A DNA stretch of 32,000 bases from Cylindrospermopsis raciborskii Cr2010 (GCF_003367075.2 NZ_CP065936.1:2310001-2342000); one strand, 5' to 3'. Shown: positions 18,226-27,763, counted from the first letter of the stretch. The notes: a model not told the origin generated them from the sequence alone. Numbers and translations are program-made.

Positions 18226-18664
18226 GAAGAGTCCATAAACGAACTTTCTGAGGCTGGCTTAAACAGCCTCTACTGATTCTGCTAAAATTAATTCTTAGCA
18301 TCACCGCTACTTTAAGTTTATTCCGAAAGTATAGCCTCAGATAAGACTTACTTGTCAATAGCAGCCACAAAATAACATAAAGACAACACTGGAATATTGA
18401 AGATCCGCATCACGGTTAAATATCAAGGCGAATAAATTCGCCGTTGGCACTTCCTGTCTAACCGTGCCTTTCGGCGATTTTCTTGTGAAATCCGGGGATG
18501 AATTTAGTGCTGGGTTTATGGGAAATATTTTGCCGAGTTACTCAACTTTGTCAAAAATATATGTTACAGTTAGCGTTGTGCACCTCTTCAAAGATAAGTA
18601 GGCCACACTTAGTTTTTTCCGCGAGGAAAACGCTTGCAAGTCCTTTCACATGGGTTATTTGACC

Positions 18665-20104
18665 ATGTCAGATTTAATTTTATTTTGGCATCGCCGAGAC
18701 TTACGTACTTCTGACAATACGGGACTAGGAGTTGCCAGGGAAAAAACCAAAAAAGTAGTAGGTGTTTTCTGCTTAGACCCTAACATATTAGGACAGGATG
18801 ATATAGCACCTGCTAGAATAACCTACATGATTGGCTGTTTGAAATCATTAGAGAGTCTATATTTACAAGCTGGCAGCCAGTTACTAATTTTACATGATAA
18901 TCCGGTGAGAGCCATTCCCAATTTAGCTGAAGCACTGGAAGCGAAGGCAGTTTTTTGGAATTGGGATGTGGAACCCTATGCACAAATACGAGATCGGGAT
19001 GTAACTCTGGCACTAAAAACCAGAGGTATTGAAACCTTAGAGAAAAATTGGGATCAATTACTGCATTCACCGGACACAATTCTCAGTGGTGCGGGGACAC
19101 CCTATACAGTTTATACTCCCTTTTGGAAAAAGTGGCATAGTCAACCAAAAGTGGAACCAATAGAAATCTTAGCCAACTGTGAGAACTTAACAGCTAGAGA
19201 AGAGGAAATAGCTGAAAAATCAGGGGTAATTAAATTGCCCACTGCCAGAGATTTAGGTTTTATCTGGAGTGGGGAACTAATACTTGAACCGGGGGAAGTA
19301 GCAGCTTGGGAAAGACTAACAGATTTTCTGGATTGTGCTATTGATGAATATGAAGAAAAGAGAAACTATCCGGCTATTGATGGCACATCTTTGTTAAGTC
19401 CCGCCCTGAAATTTGGGGTAATTGGAATTAGGACTATCTGGCAAAAAACTCAGGAGTTATTAGCCATAAGCAACAGTCAAGAGTTTAGTAATGGTATTAT
19501 CACTTGGCAAAAAGAATTAGCCTGGCGGGAATTTTATCAGCATGCCATGTACCACTTTCCTGAATTAGCTGAAGGCGCCTATAGGGATGTTTTTAAAAAC
19601 TTTCCCTGGTCTGATAACCAAGAGCATTTTCAGGCTTGGTGTGAAGGAAAAACTGGTTATCCGATTGTGGATGCTGCTATGCGACAATTAAATGAGACTG
19701 GTTGGATGCACAATAGGTGTAGAATGATAGTAGCCAGTTTTTTAACTAAGGATTTAATTATTAATCCTCAGTGGGGGGAGAAGTATTTTATGCAGAAACT
19801 CATTGATGGTGATTTATCTGCTAATAATGGAGGATGGCAATGGAGCGCATCTAGCGGAATGGATCCTAAACCATTAAGAATTTTTAACCCGTCTAGCCAA
19901 GCACAAAAATTTGATAGCGATGGGGAATATATTAGACACTGGGTAGGGGAATTGGCATCTGTGGAGACGGAATATTTAATTGGTGGTAATATAACACCCT
20001 TGGAACGCCAAAGTGTTGGTTATCCTGCATCTATTGTAGACCATAAAAAACAGCAAGCTCTATTTAAACAATTGTATCAACAGCAAAAAGTGGCTTTTGG
20101 TTAG
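18665..20104 (+). CDS. phr: Deoxyribodipyrimidine (CPD) photolyase
   Basis: N-terminal photolyase alpha/beta domain (LFWHRRDLRTSDNTGL) and FAD-binding domain (TSLLSPALKFGVIG, WREFY, GWMHNRCRMIVASFL, DGDLSANNGGWQW). The track ORF begins at 18650; the ATG at 18665 (MSDLILFWHRRDLR) matches the usual photolyase N-terminus. Confidence 0.93.
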   Translation: MSDLILFWHRRDLRTSDNTGLGVAREKTKKVVGVFCLDPNILGQDDIAPARITYMIGCLKSLESLYLQAGSQLLILHDNPVRAIPNLAEALEAKAVFWNWDVEPYAQIRDRDVTLALKTRGIETLEKNWDQLLHSPDTILSGAGTPYTVYTPFWKKWHSQPKVEPIEILANCENLTAREEEIAEKSGVIKLPTARDLGFIWSGELILEPGEVAAWERLTDFLDCAIDEYEEKRNYPAIDGTSLLSPALKFGVIGIRTIWQKTQELLAISNSQEFSNGIITWQKELAWREFYQHAMYHFPELAEGAYRDVFKNFPWSDNQEHFQAWCEGKTGYPIVDAAMRQLNETGWMHNRCRMIVASFLTKDLIINPQWGEKYFMQKLIDGDLSANNGGWQWSASSGMDPKPLRIFNPSSQAQKFDSDGEYIRHWVGELASVETEYLIGGNITPLERQSVGYPASIVDHKKQQALFKQLYQQQKVAFG

Positions 20105-20166
20105 ATTCATACCATAACCCACCCAGAACAAGCCATACTATATCATCTTTAATTATAAACTTTCTT

Positions 20167-22236
20167 ATGACCAACCGTTTAGCTAAAACTAGAAGTCTTT
20201 ATTTGAGGAAACACGCTGATAACCCTATTGATTGGTGGACTTGGTGTAATGAAGCATTGTTAATGGCTCAAACTGAAGATAAACCAATTTTCCTTTCCAT
20301 TGGCTATTCCAGTTGTCATTGGTGCACAGTTATGGAGGGAGAAGCATTTTCTGATTTGGCAATTGCTGAATATATGAATGCCAATTTTATTCCCATTAAG
20401 GTAGATAGGGAAGAAAGACCTGATATTGATAGTATCTATATGCAGAGTCTACAGATGATGACTGGACAGGGTGGTTGGCCACTGAATGCTTTTCTCTCTC
20501 CTGATGATTTAGTCCCCTTTTATGCTGGGACCTATTTTCCTGTTGCTCCCCGCTATGGTCGTCCGGGTTTCCTGGAAATACTACAAGCTATCCGTCATTA
20601 TTATGATCATCAAAAAGAGGACTTTCGTCAGCGCAAAGCATCTATTTTAGAAGCTTTACTCAGTTCTACTGTGTTGCAAAACCATGATCTGGATCAATTT
20701 GCCCATAGTCAATTCCACAGGTTTTTAAAACAAGGTTGGGAAACTGCTATGGGGGTGATTACTCCCAAACAAATGGGTAATAGTTTTCCGATGATTCCCT
20801 ATTGTCAGTTGGTTTTACAAGGTACTCGCTTTAACTACCCATCTGCAAATGATGGACTGCAAATGGCTACCCAACGAGGTCTGGATCTGGCCCTGGGGGG
20901 AATTTATGACCATGTGGGTGGTGGTTTCCATCGCTATACGGTTGATGCTACCTGGACTGTGCCCCATTTTGAAAAGATGCTTTATGACAATGGTCAAATT
21001 GTTGAATATTTGGCTAATTTGTGGAGTGCAGGGGTGGAAGAACCAGCTTTTAAACGTGCAGTGGCTGGCACAGTAAGTTGGTTAGAACGGGAAATGATAT
21101 CCCCTACAGGTTATTTTTATGCTGCTCAGGATGCGGATAGTTTTAACTGTTCCACTGATATGGAACCGGAAGAAGGTGCTTTCTATGTGTGGAGTTATCG
21201 GGAATTACAAGAGCTGTTAAGTGACCAAGAGTTGCTGGAAGTAAAGGAGCATTTCTCTCTAAGTTTAGAAGGTAACTTTGAGGGTAAGAATGTTTTACAG
21301 CGGTTATCTACAGGAGAACTAAGTTCAAGTCTGGAATTGATCTTGGGGAGATTATTTCTTTGCCGTTATGGTCAGACTGCTGAAACTTTGACAATTTTCC
21401 CCCCAGCACGAAATAATCATGAGGCAAAAACTAATCCTTGGCATGGTCGTATTCCACCTGTTACGGATACTAAGATGATTGTGGCGTGGAATAGTTTAAT
21501 GATCTCCGGTTTGGCTAGAGCTAGTGAGGTTTTTCAACAACCTAGTTATTTACAATTGGCTGTGCAGGCTACTCGCTTTATTTTAGATCATCAGTTTGTA
21601 GATGGACGTTTTCATAGGCTTAACTATGATGGTGAACCTACTGTTTTAGCTCAGTCTGAAGACTACGCTCTATTTATTAAGGCTCTACTAGATCTACACC
21701 AAGCTGACTCTGGCAGTTCTAACTGGTTAGAACAGGCGATCGCTCTTCAAGATGAATTTAACGAATTTCTCCTGAGTGTGGAATTGGGAGGTTATTTTAA
21801 CACATCCAGTGACAATAGTCAAGATTTAATTATTCGGGAGCGAAACTTTGTTGATAATGCCACACCTTCAGCTAATGGAGTGGCGATCGCCAATTTGATT
21901 AAATTATCTTTACTTACAGACAACTTATACTATTTGGATTTAGCTGAGTCAGCTTTAAAAGCATTCAGCACCATAATAGAAAAGTCTCCCCAATCTTGTC
22001 CCAGTTTATTGATAGCTATTGATTGGTATAGAAATTCCACTTTAGTTCGCAGTAGTATTGATAATATAAAAATACTAGCCGGCAAATATTTACCAACAAC
22101 GATTTTTGATGTCATATCAAAATTGCCAAGTAACACTATAGGACTAGTGTGTCAAGGTTTGAAATGTTTACCAGCACCAGCAAATTTTAATGAACTATTA
22201 GCTCAAGTACAAAGGAGTCACAATAGATTGAGTTGA
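20167..22236 (+). CDS. Thioredoxin-domain (DUF255) protein with a C-terminal six-hairpin glycosidase-like domain (YyaL/SPATA20 family)
   Basis: 689 aa. N-terminal SLYLRKHADNPIDWWTWCNEAL...PIFLSIGYSSCHWCTVME (the DUF255 thioredoxin-like CxxC) followed by ...FEKMLYDNGQ... and a long alpha/alpha-toroid-like region. Confidence 0.88.
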   Translation: MTNRLAKTRSLYLRKHADNPIDWWTWCNEALLMAQTEDKPIFLSIGYSSCHWCTVMEGEAFSDLAIAEYMNANFIPIKVDREERPDIDSIYMQSLQMMTGQGGWPLNAFLSPDDLVPFYAGTYFPVAPRYGRPGFLEILQAIRHYYDHQKEDFRQRKASILEALLSSTVLQNHDLDQFAHSQFHRFLKQGWETAMGVITPKQMGNSFPMIPYCQLVLQGTRFNYPSANDGLQMATQRGLDLALGGIYDHVGGGFHRYTVDATWTVPHFEKMLYDNGQIVEYLANLWSAGVEEPAFKRAVAGTVSWLEREMISPTGYFYAAQDADSFNCSTDMEPEEGAFYVWSYRELQELLSDQELLEVKEHFSLSLEGNFEGKNVLQRLSTGELSSSLELILGRLFLCRYGQTAETLTIFPPARNNHEAKTNPWHGRIPPVTDTKMIVAWNSLMISGLARASEVFQQPSYLQLAVQATRFILDHQFVDGRFHRLNYDGEPTVLAQSEDYALFIKALLDLHQADSGSSNWLEQAIALQDEFNEFLLSVELGGYFNTSSDNSQDLIIRERNFVDNATPSANGVAIANLIKLSLLTDNLYYLDLAESALKAFSTIIEKSPQSCPSLLIAIDWYRNSTLVRSSIDNIKILAGKYLPTTIFDVISKLPSNTIGLVCQGLKCLPAPANFNELLAQVQRSHNRLS

Positions 22237-22278
22237 GAGGGGGCAAAAAGTTTTTCAGAAAATTTTGCTCCTAACCAC

Positions 22279-22307
22279 TTGACAAGGAAAAAATATTTAG
22301 TAATAAT
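22279..22307 (+). promoter_or_regulatory. Sigma70-type promoter for tRNA-Asp (TTGACA-N17-AATAAT)
   Basis: TTGACA at 22279-22284, a 17-nt spacer, and AATAAT at 22302-22307, about 30 nt upstream of the tRNA 5' end. Confidence 0.45.
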
Positions 22308-22338
22308 ATTTGGAGTGGGTAAAAACAAAAAACCTTCT

Positions 22339-22412
22339 GGGACTGTAGTTCAATTGGTTAGAGCACCGCCCTGTCACGGCGGAAGTTGCGGGTTCGAGCC
22401 CCGTCAGTCCCG
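22339..22412 (+). tRNA. tRNA-Asp (anticodon GTC)
   Basis: 74-nt cloverleaf folded by hand. Acceptor GGGACTG/CAGTCCC, D-arm GTTC-AATTGGTTA-GAGC, anticodon arm CCGCC-CTGTCAC-GGCGG (anticodon GTC), T-arm GCGGG-TTCGAGC-CCCGT, discriminator G. CCA is not encoded. Confidence 0.95.
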
Positions 22413-22486
22413 TTTATAAAATGTGAGATGAATCCTAGAGCAATCTAGGTTAGAGTTGTATATTAATTAGAAAGAGAGAATTAAGC

Positions 22487-23920
22487 GTGTCTGTGAGAGT
22501 TCGTATAGCGCCCAGTCCTACTGGGAATTTGCATATTGGTACAGCCAGGACGGCTGTGTTTAACTATTTATTTGCCCATCATCAAGGTGGAAAGTTCATT
22601 GTACGCATTGAGGATACAGACCTAGAGAGATCTCGTTCCGAATACACTGATAATATTTTACAAGGACTAAGCTGGTTAGGATTAACTTGGGATGAAGGAC
22701 CCTTTTTCCAGTCTCAAAGGTTAGAGCTATACCAGTTAGCAGTGAAAAAACTATTAGACCAAGGTTTAGCCTATCGTTGTTATACCACAACGGAAGAATT
22801 AGAAGCTCTCAGGGAACTGCAAAAAGCGAGAAATGAAGCGCCCAGATATGATAACCGTCATCGAGAATTGAGCCAAGAACAGGAAGCAGAATTTGTCAAA
22901 CAAGGACGTTCATACGTAATTAGGTTTAAAATAGACGACCAGCGACAAATCCTCTGGAATGATCTAGTGAGGGGAGAAGTGAGTTGGCGTGGTAGTGACC
23001 TAGGTGGTGATATGGTCATTGCTCGTGCTAGTGATGATGGAATTGGTCAACCCCTATATAACTTTGTGGTTGTAGTAGATGACATTGATATGGAAATCAC
23101 CCATGTCATTCGTGGAGAAGACCATATTGCTAATACAGCTAAACAAATTTTGTTGTATGAAGCACTGGGAGCAAACATTCCCGAATTTGCCCACACACCC
23201 CTAATTTTAAACCAAGAGGGGAGAAAACTGTCAAAACGAGATGGGGTAACCTCCATTTCAGACTTCCAGAAGATGGGTTTTACTGCACCAGCACTGGTCA
23301 ATTATATGACTTTATTGGGATGGTCAGCACCGGATTCAACCCAGGAAATATTTACCTTAGAAGAAGCAGCAAAGGAATTTACCTTTGACAGGGTAAACAA
23401 AGCAGGAGCAAAATTTGACTGGGATAAACTGGACTGGATTAATAGTCAGTACATTCATAATATGCCAATAGAAAAACTAACGGATTTATTAATACCCTTT
23501 TGGCAAGATGCAGGGTATAGCTTGACCGATGGTAGGGATCGTCCCTGGTTAGAGCAGTTAGTGAGTTTAATAGCACCCAGTCTAACCCGCTTGGTGGATG
23601 CTCTACCTATGACCAAGATCTTTTTTACCAATGGGGTAGAGTTGACGGAAGAAGGGAGACAACAACTGGAGCAAGAAGGGGTAAAAGCCCTACTTAAAGC
23701 AATTTTGGTGGCTTTAGATATTAATACAATAACAGGGGACACAGCGCAAAATATCCTCAAGCAAGTAGTCAAAGAACAGGGAGTAAAAAAGGGTTTAGTT
23801 ATGCGTTCCTTGAGAGCAGCTTTAACAGGGGATGTACATGGTCCGGACTTAATTACGTCCTGGGTACTGTTAAATAAGATTGGTTTGGATAAAACAAGAC
23901 TGAGTCAAGCTCTAATATAA
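22487..23920 (+). CDS. gltX: Glutamate--tRNA ligase
   Basis: 477 aa. Class I aaRS HIGH motif ([14 protein letters not shown]), KMSKS variant (KLSKRDG), and the typical GluRS core IRIEDTD and IRGEDH. GTG start at 22487. Confidence 0.96.
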   Translation: MSVRVRIAPSPTGNLHIGTARTAVFNYLFAHHQGGKFIVRIEDTDLERSRSEYTDNILQGLSWLGLTWDEGPFFQSQRLELYQLAVKKLLDQGLAYRCYTTTEELEALRELQKARNEAPRYDNRHRELSQEQEAEFVKQGRSYVIRFKIDDQRQILWNDLVRGEVSWRGSDLGGDMVIARASDDGIGQPLYNFVVVVDDIDMEITHVIRGEDHIANTAKQILLYEALGANIPEFAHTPLILNQEGRKLSKRDGVTSISDFQKMGFTAPALVNYMTLLGWSAPDSTQEIFTLEEAAKEFTFDRVNKAGAKFDWDKLDWINSQYIHNMPIEKLTDLLIPFWQDAGYSLTDGRDRPWLEQLVSLIAPSLTRLVDALPMTKIFFTNGVELTEEGRQQLEQEGVKALLKAILVALDINTITGDTAQNILKQVVKEQGVKKGLVMRSLRAALTGDVHGPDLITSWVLLNKIGLDKTRLSQALI

Positions 23921-24019
23921 AAGAAGAGGGGGAAATGGGGGAGTTGGGAACCCAGAATGGGGAATTTTTGTCTTGGGAATAACAATAATGTGAGTAAAGA
24001 TGAAAGTAGAATAGATACT

Positions 24020-24523
24020 ATGGAAAAAAAAAGTCTGAATATACCAATTAGATCAATTAGACTATTAATACTCACAGTTGGTCTGGGAGTGACATTTGTA
24101 AATGATGATTTTGCCAATGGTCAACAAATGCCAACTATGTTTGGAGATGTACAGATTGGCCATCAATTCTCCCCAGATCCATTGTTGGTAAGAGGAATGA
24201 GTGGTGGTTTAATTCCGTCGAGTGAGGTGAATCGTATGGATAATAGTCCCACTGGTCCTTGTAGTGGATTTGTGGATGAAACACCAGACCATATTCTGAA
24301 ATTAACTAGTAAGTTTGATTACTTAAAGCTCCAAGTGGAAAGTCCAGAAGATACAACCATTATGATTAGTGGAGTGGGTGGAACCTGGTGTAATGATGAT
24401 TTAGATGGCAAGAATCCGGGGATTAGTGGTGAATGGTTGCAGGGTACTTATAAAATTTGGGTTGGATCCTATCAACAAGGAAAATATTTTCCCTATACTT
24501 TAAAGATTACAGAAGTTAAGTAA
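24020..24523 (+). CDS. Hypothetical secreted protein (about 167 aa)
   Basis: Signal-peptide-like N-terminus (MEKKSLNIPIRSIRLLILTVGLGVTFV) and a beta-rich C-terminal domain with a conserved-looking Cys pair (GPCSGFVDETPDH...GGTWCNDD). The track ORF starts at 23957, but the ATG at 24020 gives a normal signal peptide. No named family recognised. Confidence 0.55.
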   Translation: MEKKSLNIPIRSIRLLILTVGLGVTFVNDDFANGQQMPTMFGDVQIGHQFSPDPLLVRGMSGGLIPSSEVNRMDNSPTGPCSGFVDETPDHILKLTSKFDYLKLQVESPEDTTIMISGVGGTWCNDDLDGKNPGISGEWLQGTYKIWVGSYQQGKYFPYTLKITEVK

Positions 24524-24631
24524 TTGAGTTTTGATTAAGTTTTGTAAAATACTCAATGTGATTACTTACTTTTATGTTAAGCTAGTTTGCAGCAGAGTCC
24601 ACATTATACAAACTAAACCCTAAAGTTACCA

Positions 24632-24967
24632 ATGTTAGAATTCCACAGCTTATCTGAATTTTCTCGGTCAAATTGTGTGGGGATTTGTGCTTTTCTAGTT
24701 CCTGCTAACATACTAGCAACTGTAATGACGCTTTTCCTGACATTTGTTAATAGACCAAGATGGCAAGTATTTCAATCCGCTGGAATTGCAGCTGTGTTTA
24801 GTTTTTTCATGGTGTGGCATGTGTATACTTGGTTTAGTATTGGTGTAATTATGCCCCCAACCTATATTTTACTGAGTTTAGGAACTACTTGTCTGCTGAC
24901 TAACCTGGGAGCAATAGTTTGGCAGGTCAATTTTAGATATGGCACTCAATCGGTCAAGACTGATTGA
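24632..24967 (+). CDS. Hypothetical small membrane protein (111 aa, about 3 transmembrane segments)
   Basis: Three hydrophobic stretches (GICAFLVPANILATVMTLFLTFV, AGIAAVFSFFMVWHVYTWF, ILLSLGTTCLLTNLGAIVW). No family recognised. The 3' end overlaps the convergent HAD gene by 14 nt. Confidence 0.45.
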   Translation: MLEFHSLSEFSRSNCVGICAFLVPANILATVMTLFLTFVNRPRWQVFQSAGIAAVFSFFMVWHVYTWFSIGVIMPPTYILLSLGTTCLLTNLGAIVWQVNFRYGTQSVKTD

Positions 24968-25634
24968 TGAAATTAACAGCAGCTTTTAAATCTTCCAAGA
25001 TGAAATCTGGTTGATAGAGTTCTAATTGAGTCCGATCTCGAATTCCACTCTCTACCCCAATCATCTTGACAGCATGTTTCTTAGCTGCTGTAATGTCTGC
25101 TTCTGTATCCCCCACCATCCAGATTTCAGTAGCAGGAGGAAGTTCTTTGATCGCTTTAGCCATTAACAATGGCTTATCTTCAATGTCACGGGTTTTTATA
25201 TAGTCGTTACTCAGACAATAACGGCGATCTTCTGGAAAAAATTTGTCTAAATTAAACTTGTCAAAAGCATAGTTTAATTCCCTTACCCGTCGCATGGTCA
25301 TCACTACTAAGTCAATTCCTGCTTCCTTTACCTTAACTAAAGCTTCTAAAGCTCCAGGAACCATTATATCATAGTCAAAATAAGGCTCTGTATGTACGGT
25401 TTCTTTGCGAATTTTAGCAAACTCCTGTGCTTGTTCTGCATCCAGTCCAGATTTAAAGGCTATTTGTTTTTCAGCAGTATGCGATCGCTTGAATTGCCAA
25501 AATTCTTCTTTTGTTAGTTTATGAATGACCTGGGATGGGTACTTAGTTTTCTGTAAACACAACAAGTACACTCGATAGTATCGTTCAGAAACATCCATAA
25601 TTGGTCCGTCAAAATCAGTGATTAGTCTCAACAT
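24954..25634 (-). CDS. HAD-superfamily hydrolase (phosphatase-like)
   Basis: 226 aa. Motif I DFDGPIMD, motif II-like VVMT, and motif III/IV K...MVGDTEADI, typical of the HAD subfamily IA. Confidence 0.85.
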   Translation of the reverse strand: MLRLITDFDGPIMDVSERYYRVYLLCLQKTKYPSQVIHKLTKEEFWQFKRSHTAEKQIAFKSGLDAEQAQEFAKIRKETVHTEPYFDYDIMVPGALEALVKVKEAGIDLVVMTMRRVRELNYAFDKFNLDKFFPEDRRYCLSNDYIKTRDIEDKPLLMAKAIKELPPATEIWMVGDTEADITAAKKHAVKMIGVESGIRDRTQLELYQPDFILEDLKAAVNFINQS

Positions 25635-25705
25635 TAGCTATTGAAATGAATTTTTCCATCATTATCCCAGAAATTGGAACAACAACCAAAGGTTTTTAAA
25701 AACCT

Positions 25706-26749
25706 TTAACTGCTAACGAAACCACGTTTAATCTGCTCATTCTCCATAGCGGTAAACAGGGCGCGAAAATTACCTTCACCAAAACCAGAAGGATGGGAAC
25801 GACGTTCAATAAATTCCAGAAAAAACGTCGGTTCGTTAAAAATTGGCTGGGTAAAGATCTGCAACAATAAGCCATTTGTAGATCCCTGAGAATCAATCAA
25901 AATCTCTTGCTGGGCGATCGCCTGAAATTCTGAGGGAGACAAAACAGATTGGAACCGCTGATCTAGTTGTGAGTAATAACTTTGAGGTATGGAAAGAAAG
26001 GTGACACCAGCAGCACGAAAGCGGGCGATCGCCTGGACAATATTTGTGGTACTTAGGGCGATGTGTTGCACACCGGAACCACGATTGAAATGTAAAAACT
26101 CCTGGATTTGAGAATTATTAGATGTTGGTTGATTTATAGGTAATTTAACTTTTCCATTACCGGAGATCATGACTTGACTATTTAGTCCTGAAATTCCTGT
26201 GTGGATATTAAAACTTTGTTGGGGTTTAAATTCCAAAATATTTTCATACCATGTAGCTGCGGTTGCCAAATCTCCAGATTCCACATTTAACACTACATGG
26301 TCCACATCGAGAAAACTATCCTGGTGGATAATTAATCTCCTGGTTGACTCAATTAATGAATGAGTTAAATTTCCCCAACCTTTTATTTGGCAACATTTAC
26401 CAAATTGAGTTTTTTGAATAGGTTTTAAAAGTATGCCACCATGACTAATCACCCTTGCTATAACTGTTTCTATATCCTCTACAAGAAAAGCTACGTCTGC
26501 TACACCAGGGGGATGATGACATAAAAAATTTGTTACAGGACTAGTTTCCAATAATGGCGAAGAAATTAAAAAACAAACATTACCACTTCTCACCACTTGG
26601 GTATCAGTATCACGCAATTTTTGGTGATTTATCAAATCGAAAAAAGTTCCCCTGTGGGGAACTTGTTGAAAACCTAAATTGTTGACAAACCAATCTCGCC
26701 ACCTGTGGGCATTTTCTACATAAAAGTGAACATGATCAATTTGCATCAT
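25706..26749 (-). CDS. hppD: 4-hydroxyphenylpyruvate dioxygenase
   Basis: 347 aa with two VOC/glyoxalase-like barrels: IDHVHFYV..., DHVVLNV..., GVQHIAL..., and the C-terminal FLEFIERR...GFGEGNFRALF..E.EQ..RG signature of HPPD. Confidence 0.9.
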   Translation of the reverse strand: MMQIDHVHFYVENAHRWRDWFVNNLGFQQVPHRGTFFDLINHQKLRDTDTQVVRSGNVCFLISSPLLETSPVTNFLCHHPPGVADVAFLVEDIETVIARVISHGGILLKPIQKTQFGKCCQIKGWGNLTHSLIESTRRLIIHQDSFLDVDHVVLNVESGDLATAATWYENILEFKPQQSFNIHTGISGLNSQVMISGNGKVKLPINQPTSNNSQIQEFLHFNRGSGVQHIALSTTNIVQAIARFRAAGVTFLSIPQSYYSQLDQRFQSVLSPSEFQAIAQQEILIDSQGSTNGLLLQIFTQPIFNEPTFFLEFIERRSHPSGFGEGNFRALFTAMENEQIKRGFVSS

Positions 26750-26789
26750 ATTAGTTTTTATTGATTAAAGACTTTTGCTTAGCATGGAA

Positions 26790-26915
26790 TTATGTAAGTA
26801 GGTGGGTGGAATTAAATATAAGATGAACGTAGGTTGGGTTGAAGTATGAAACCCGACGCCCACATGGGTCTAGTCACTCGACCCATCCTACAAATAATTG
26901 TGGCTCCCCACTTAA
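26790..26915 (+). repeat. MITE-like structured repeat, copy B
   Basis: Same element as 10147-10288. Identical blocks at 26801-26836 and 26880-26902. Contains the extra hairpin GTTGGGTT-gaagtatga-AACCCGAC (26833-26857). Lies between the hppD start and the SDR stop. Confidence 0.7.
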
Positions 26916-26942
26916 TAGCACCTAAGTTTGTCAAGAATCCCC

Positions 26943-27671
26943 CTAGAAAAATAAATGACTATCAGGTTGAATATTAATTTCCATTGGTACTGCTTGAGGT
27001 TCTAATGATAAAGCATAAAAAATTGCATTGGCTGCGGTTTCACAACTTAACATTTTTGTTCTATCTACCTTCATGCTGACATGATCCCAAAAAGGAGAAT
27101 CTATCCCACCAAAATAAAACAATGTAAACTTGACACCAAATCGCTTTAATTCTTCCGCCATGGACTTGCTAAATCCCACCACACCAAATTTGGAAGCAGA
27201 GTAAGCCGCTGCCATGGGCATTGAATGTTTACCTAATATACCTACTACATTACAAATATGACCAAATTTACGTTTTTGCATTTCCTTGGCAGCTGCTTGA
27301 CAAGTATAGAAACAACCCTTCAAGTTCAAATCCAGAATTCGATTTAACTCCTCCGGTTGTATGTTATTATATGCTTTAAGAATTCCTAGTCCTGCTGCAT
27401 TGACCAAAACATCAATTTTACCAAAATTGGCTATGGTTGTTTGTATTAGTGCTTCGACCTGTTCTGGTTGAGTAATATCCGTTGGTACTACCAGTGATTC
27501 CGATGATAAATCGCTCACCAGGTTTTGTAACCTTATCCCATCCCTACTAGATAGGACCAACCTTGCTCCAGTAGATGCTAATTTACGGGTTAAAGCTGAA
27601 CCAATACCACCAGTAGCACCAACGATGACTATAACTTGATCCTTGAGTCGATTCTGAACTTGATCCTGCAT
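26943..27671 (-). CDS. Short-chain dehydrogenase/reductase (SDR) family oxidoreductase
   Basis: 242 aa. TGxxxGIG cofactor motif (VGATGGIGSA), NAAG, and catalytic S...YSASK. Confidence 0.92.
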   Translation of the reverse strand: MQDQVQNRLKDQVIVIVGATGGIGSALTRKLASTGARLVLSSRDGIRLQNLVSDLSSESLVVPTDITQPEQVEALIQTTIANFGKIDVLVNAAGLGILKAYNNIQPEELNRILDLNLKGCFYTCQAAAKEMQKRKFGHICNVVGILGKHSMPMAAAYSASKFGVVGFSKSMAEELKRFGVKFTLFYFGGIDSPFWDHVSMKVDRTKMLSCETAANAIFYALSLEPQAVPMEINIQPDSHLFF

Positions 27672-27763
27672 GAGAGTTATGGCGACGTTAAACTACTCAG
27701 GGTAGTATAACATGAGATATGGTTTCCACTCAACTATTCAGTTAGAGTTCAGTAAAGATCCAG

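Noticed and set aside
18328-18358. A possible minus-strand promoter (TTGACA ... TATACT) that could drive an antisense small RNA towards the htrA 3' end.
   Set aside because: The spacer is 19 nt, which is too long for a good sigma70 promoter. The hairpins downstream on the minus strand (18299-18281, 18270-18250) lack U-tracts. The evidence is weaker than for the plus-strand leader model.
18498-18671. A 57-codon ORF (MNLVLGLWEIFCRVTQLCQKYM...) in the photolyase upstream region.
   Set aside because: It has no ribosome-binding site, it runs into and overlaps the photolyase start in another frame, and its composition is unremarkable. It is probably non-coding leader sequence.
25688-25707. A perfect 20-nt palindrome, AAAGGTTTTTAAAAACCTTT, overlapping the hppD stop codon.
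   Set aside because: Only the 5-bp ends would form a meaningful stem (AAAGG/CCTTT). It is AT-rich and weak, so it is likely a minor terminator-like feature or chance, and not worth a separate claim.
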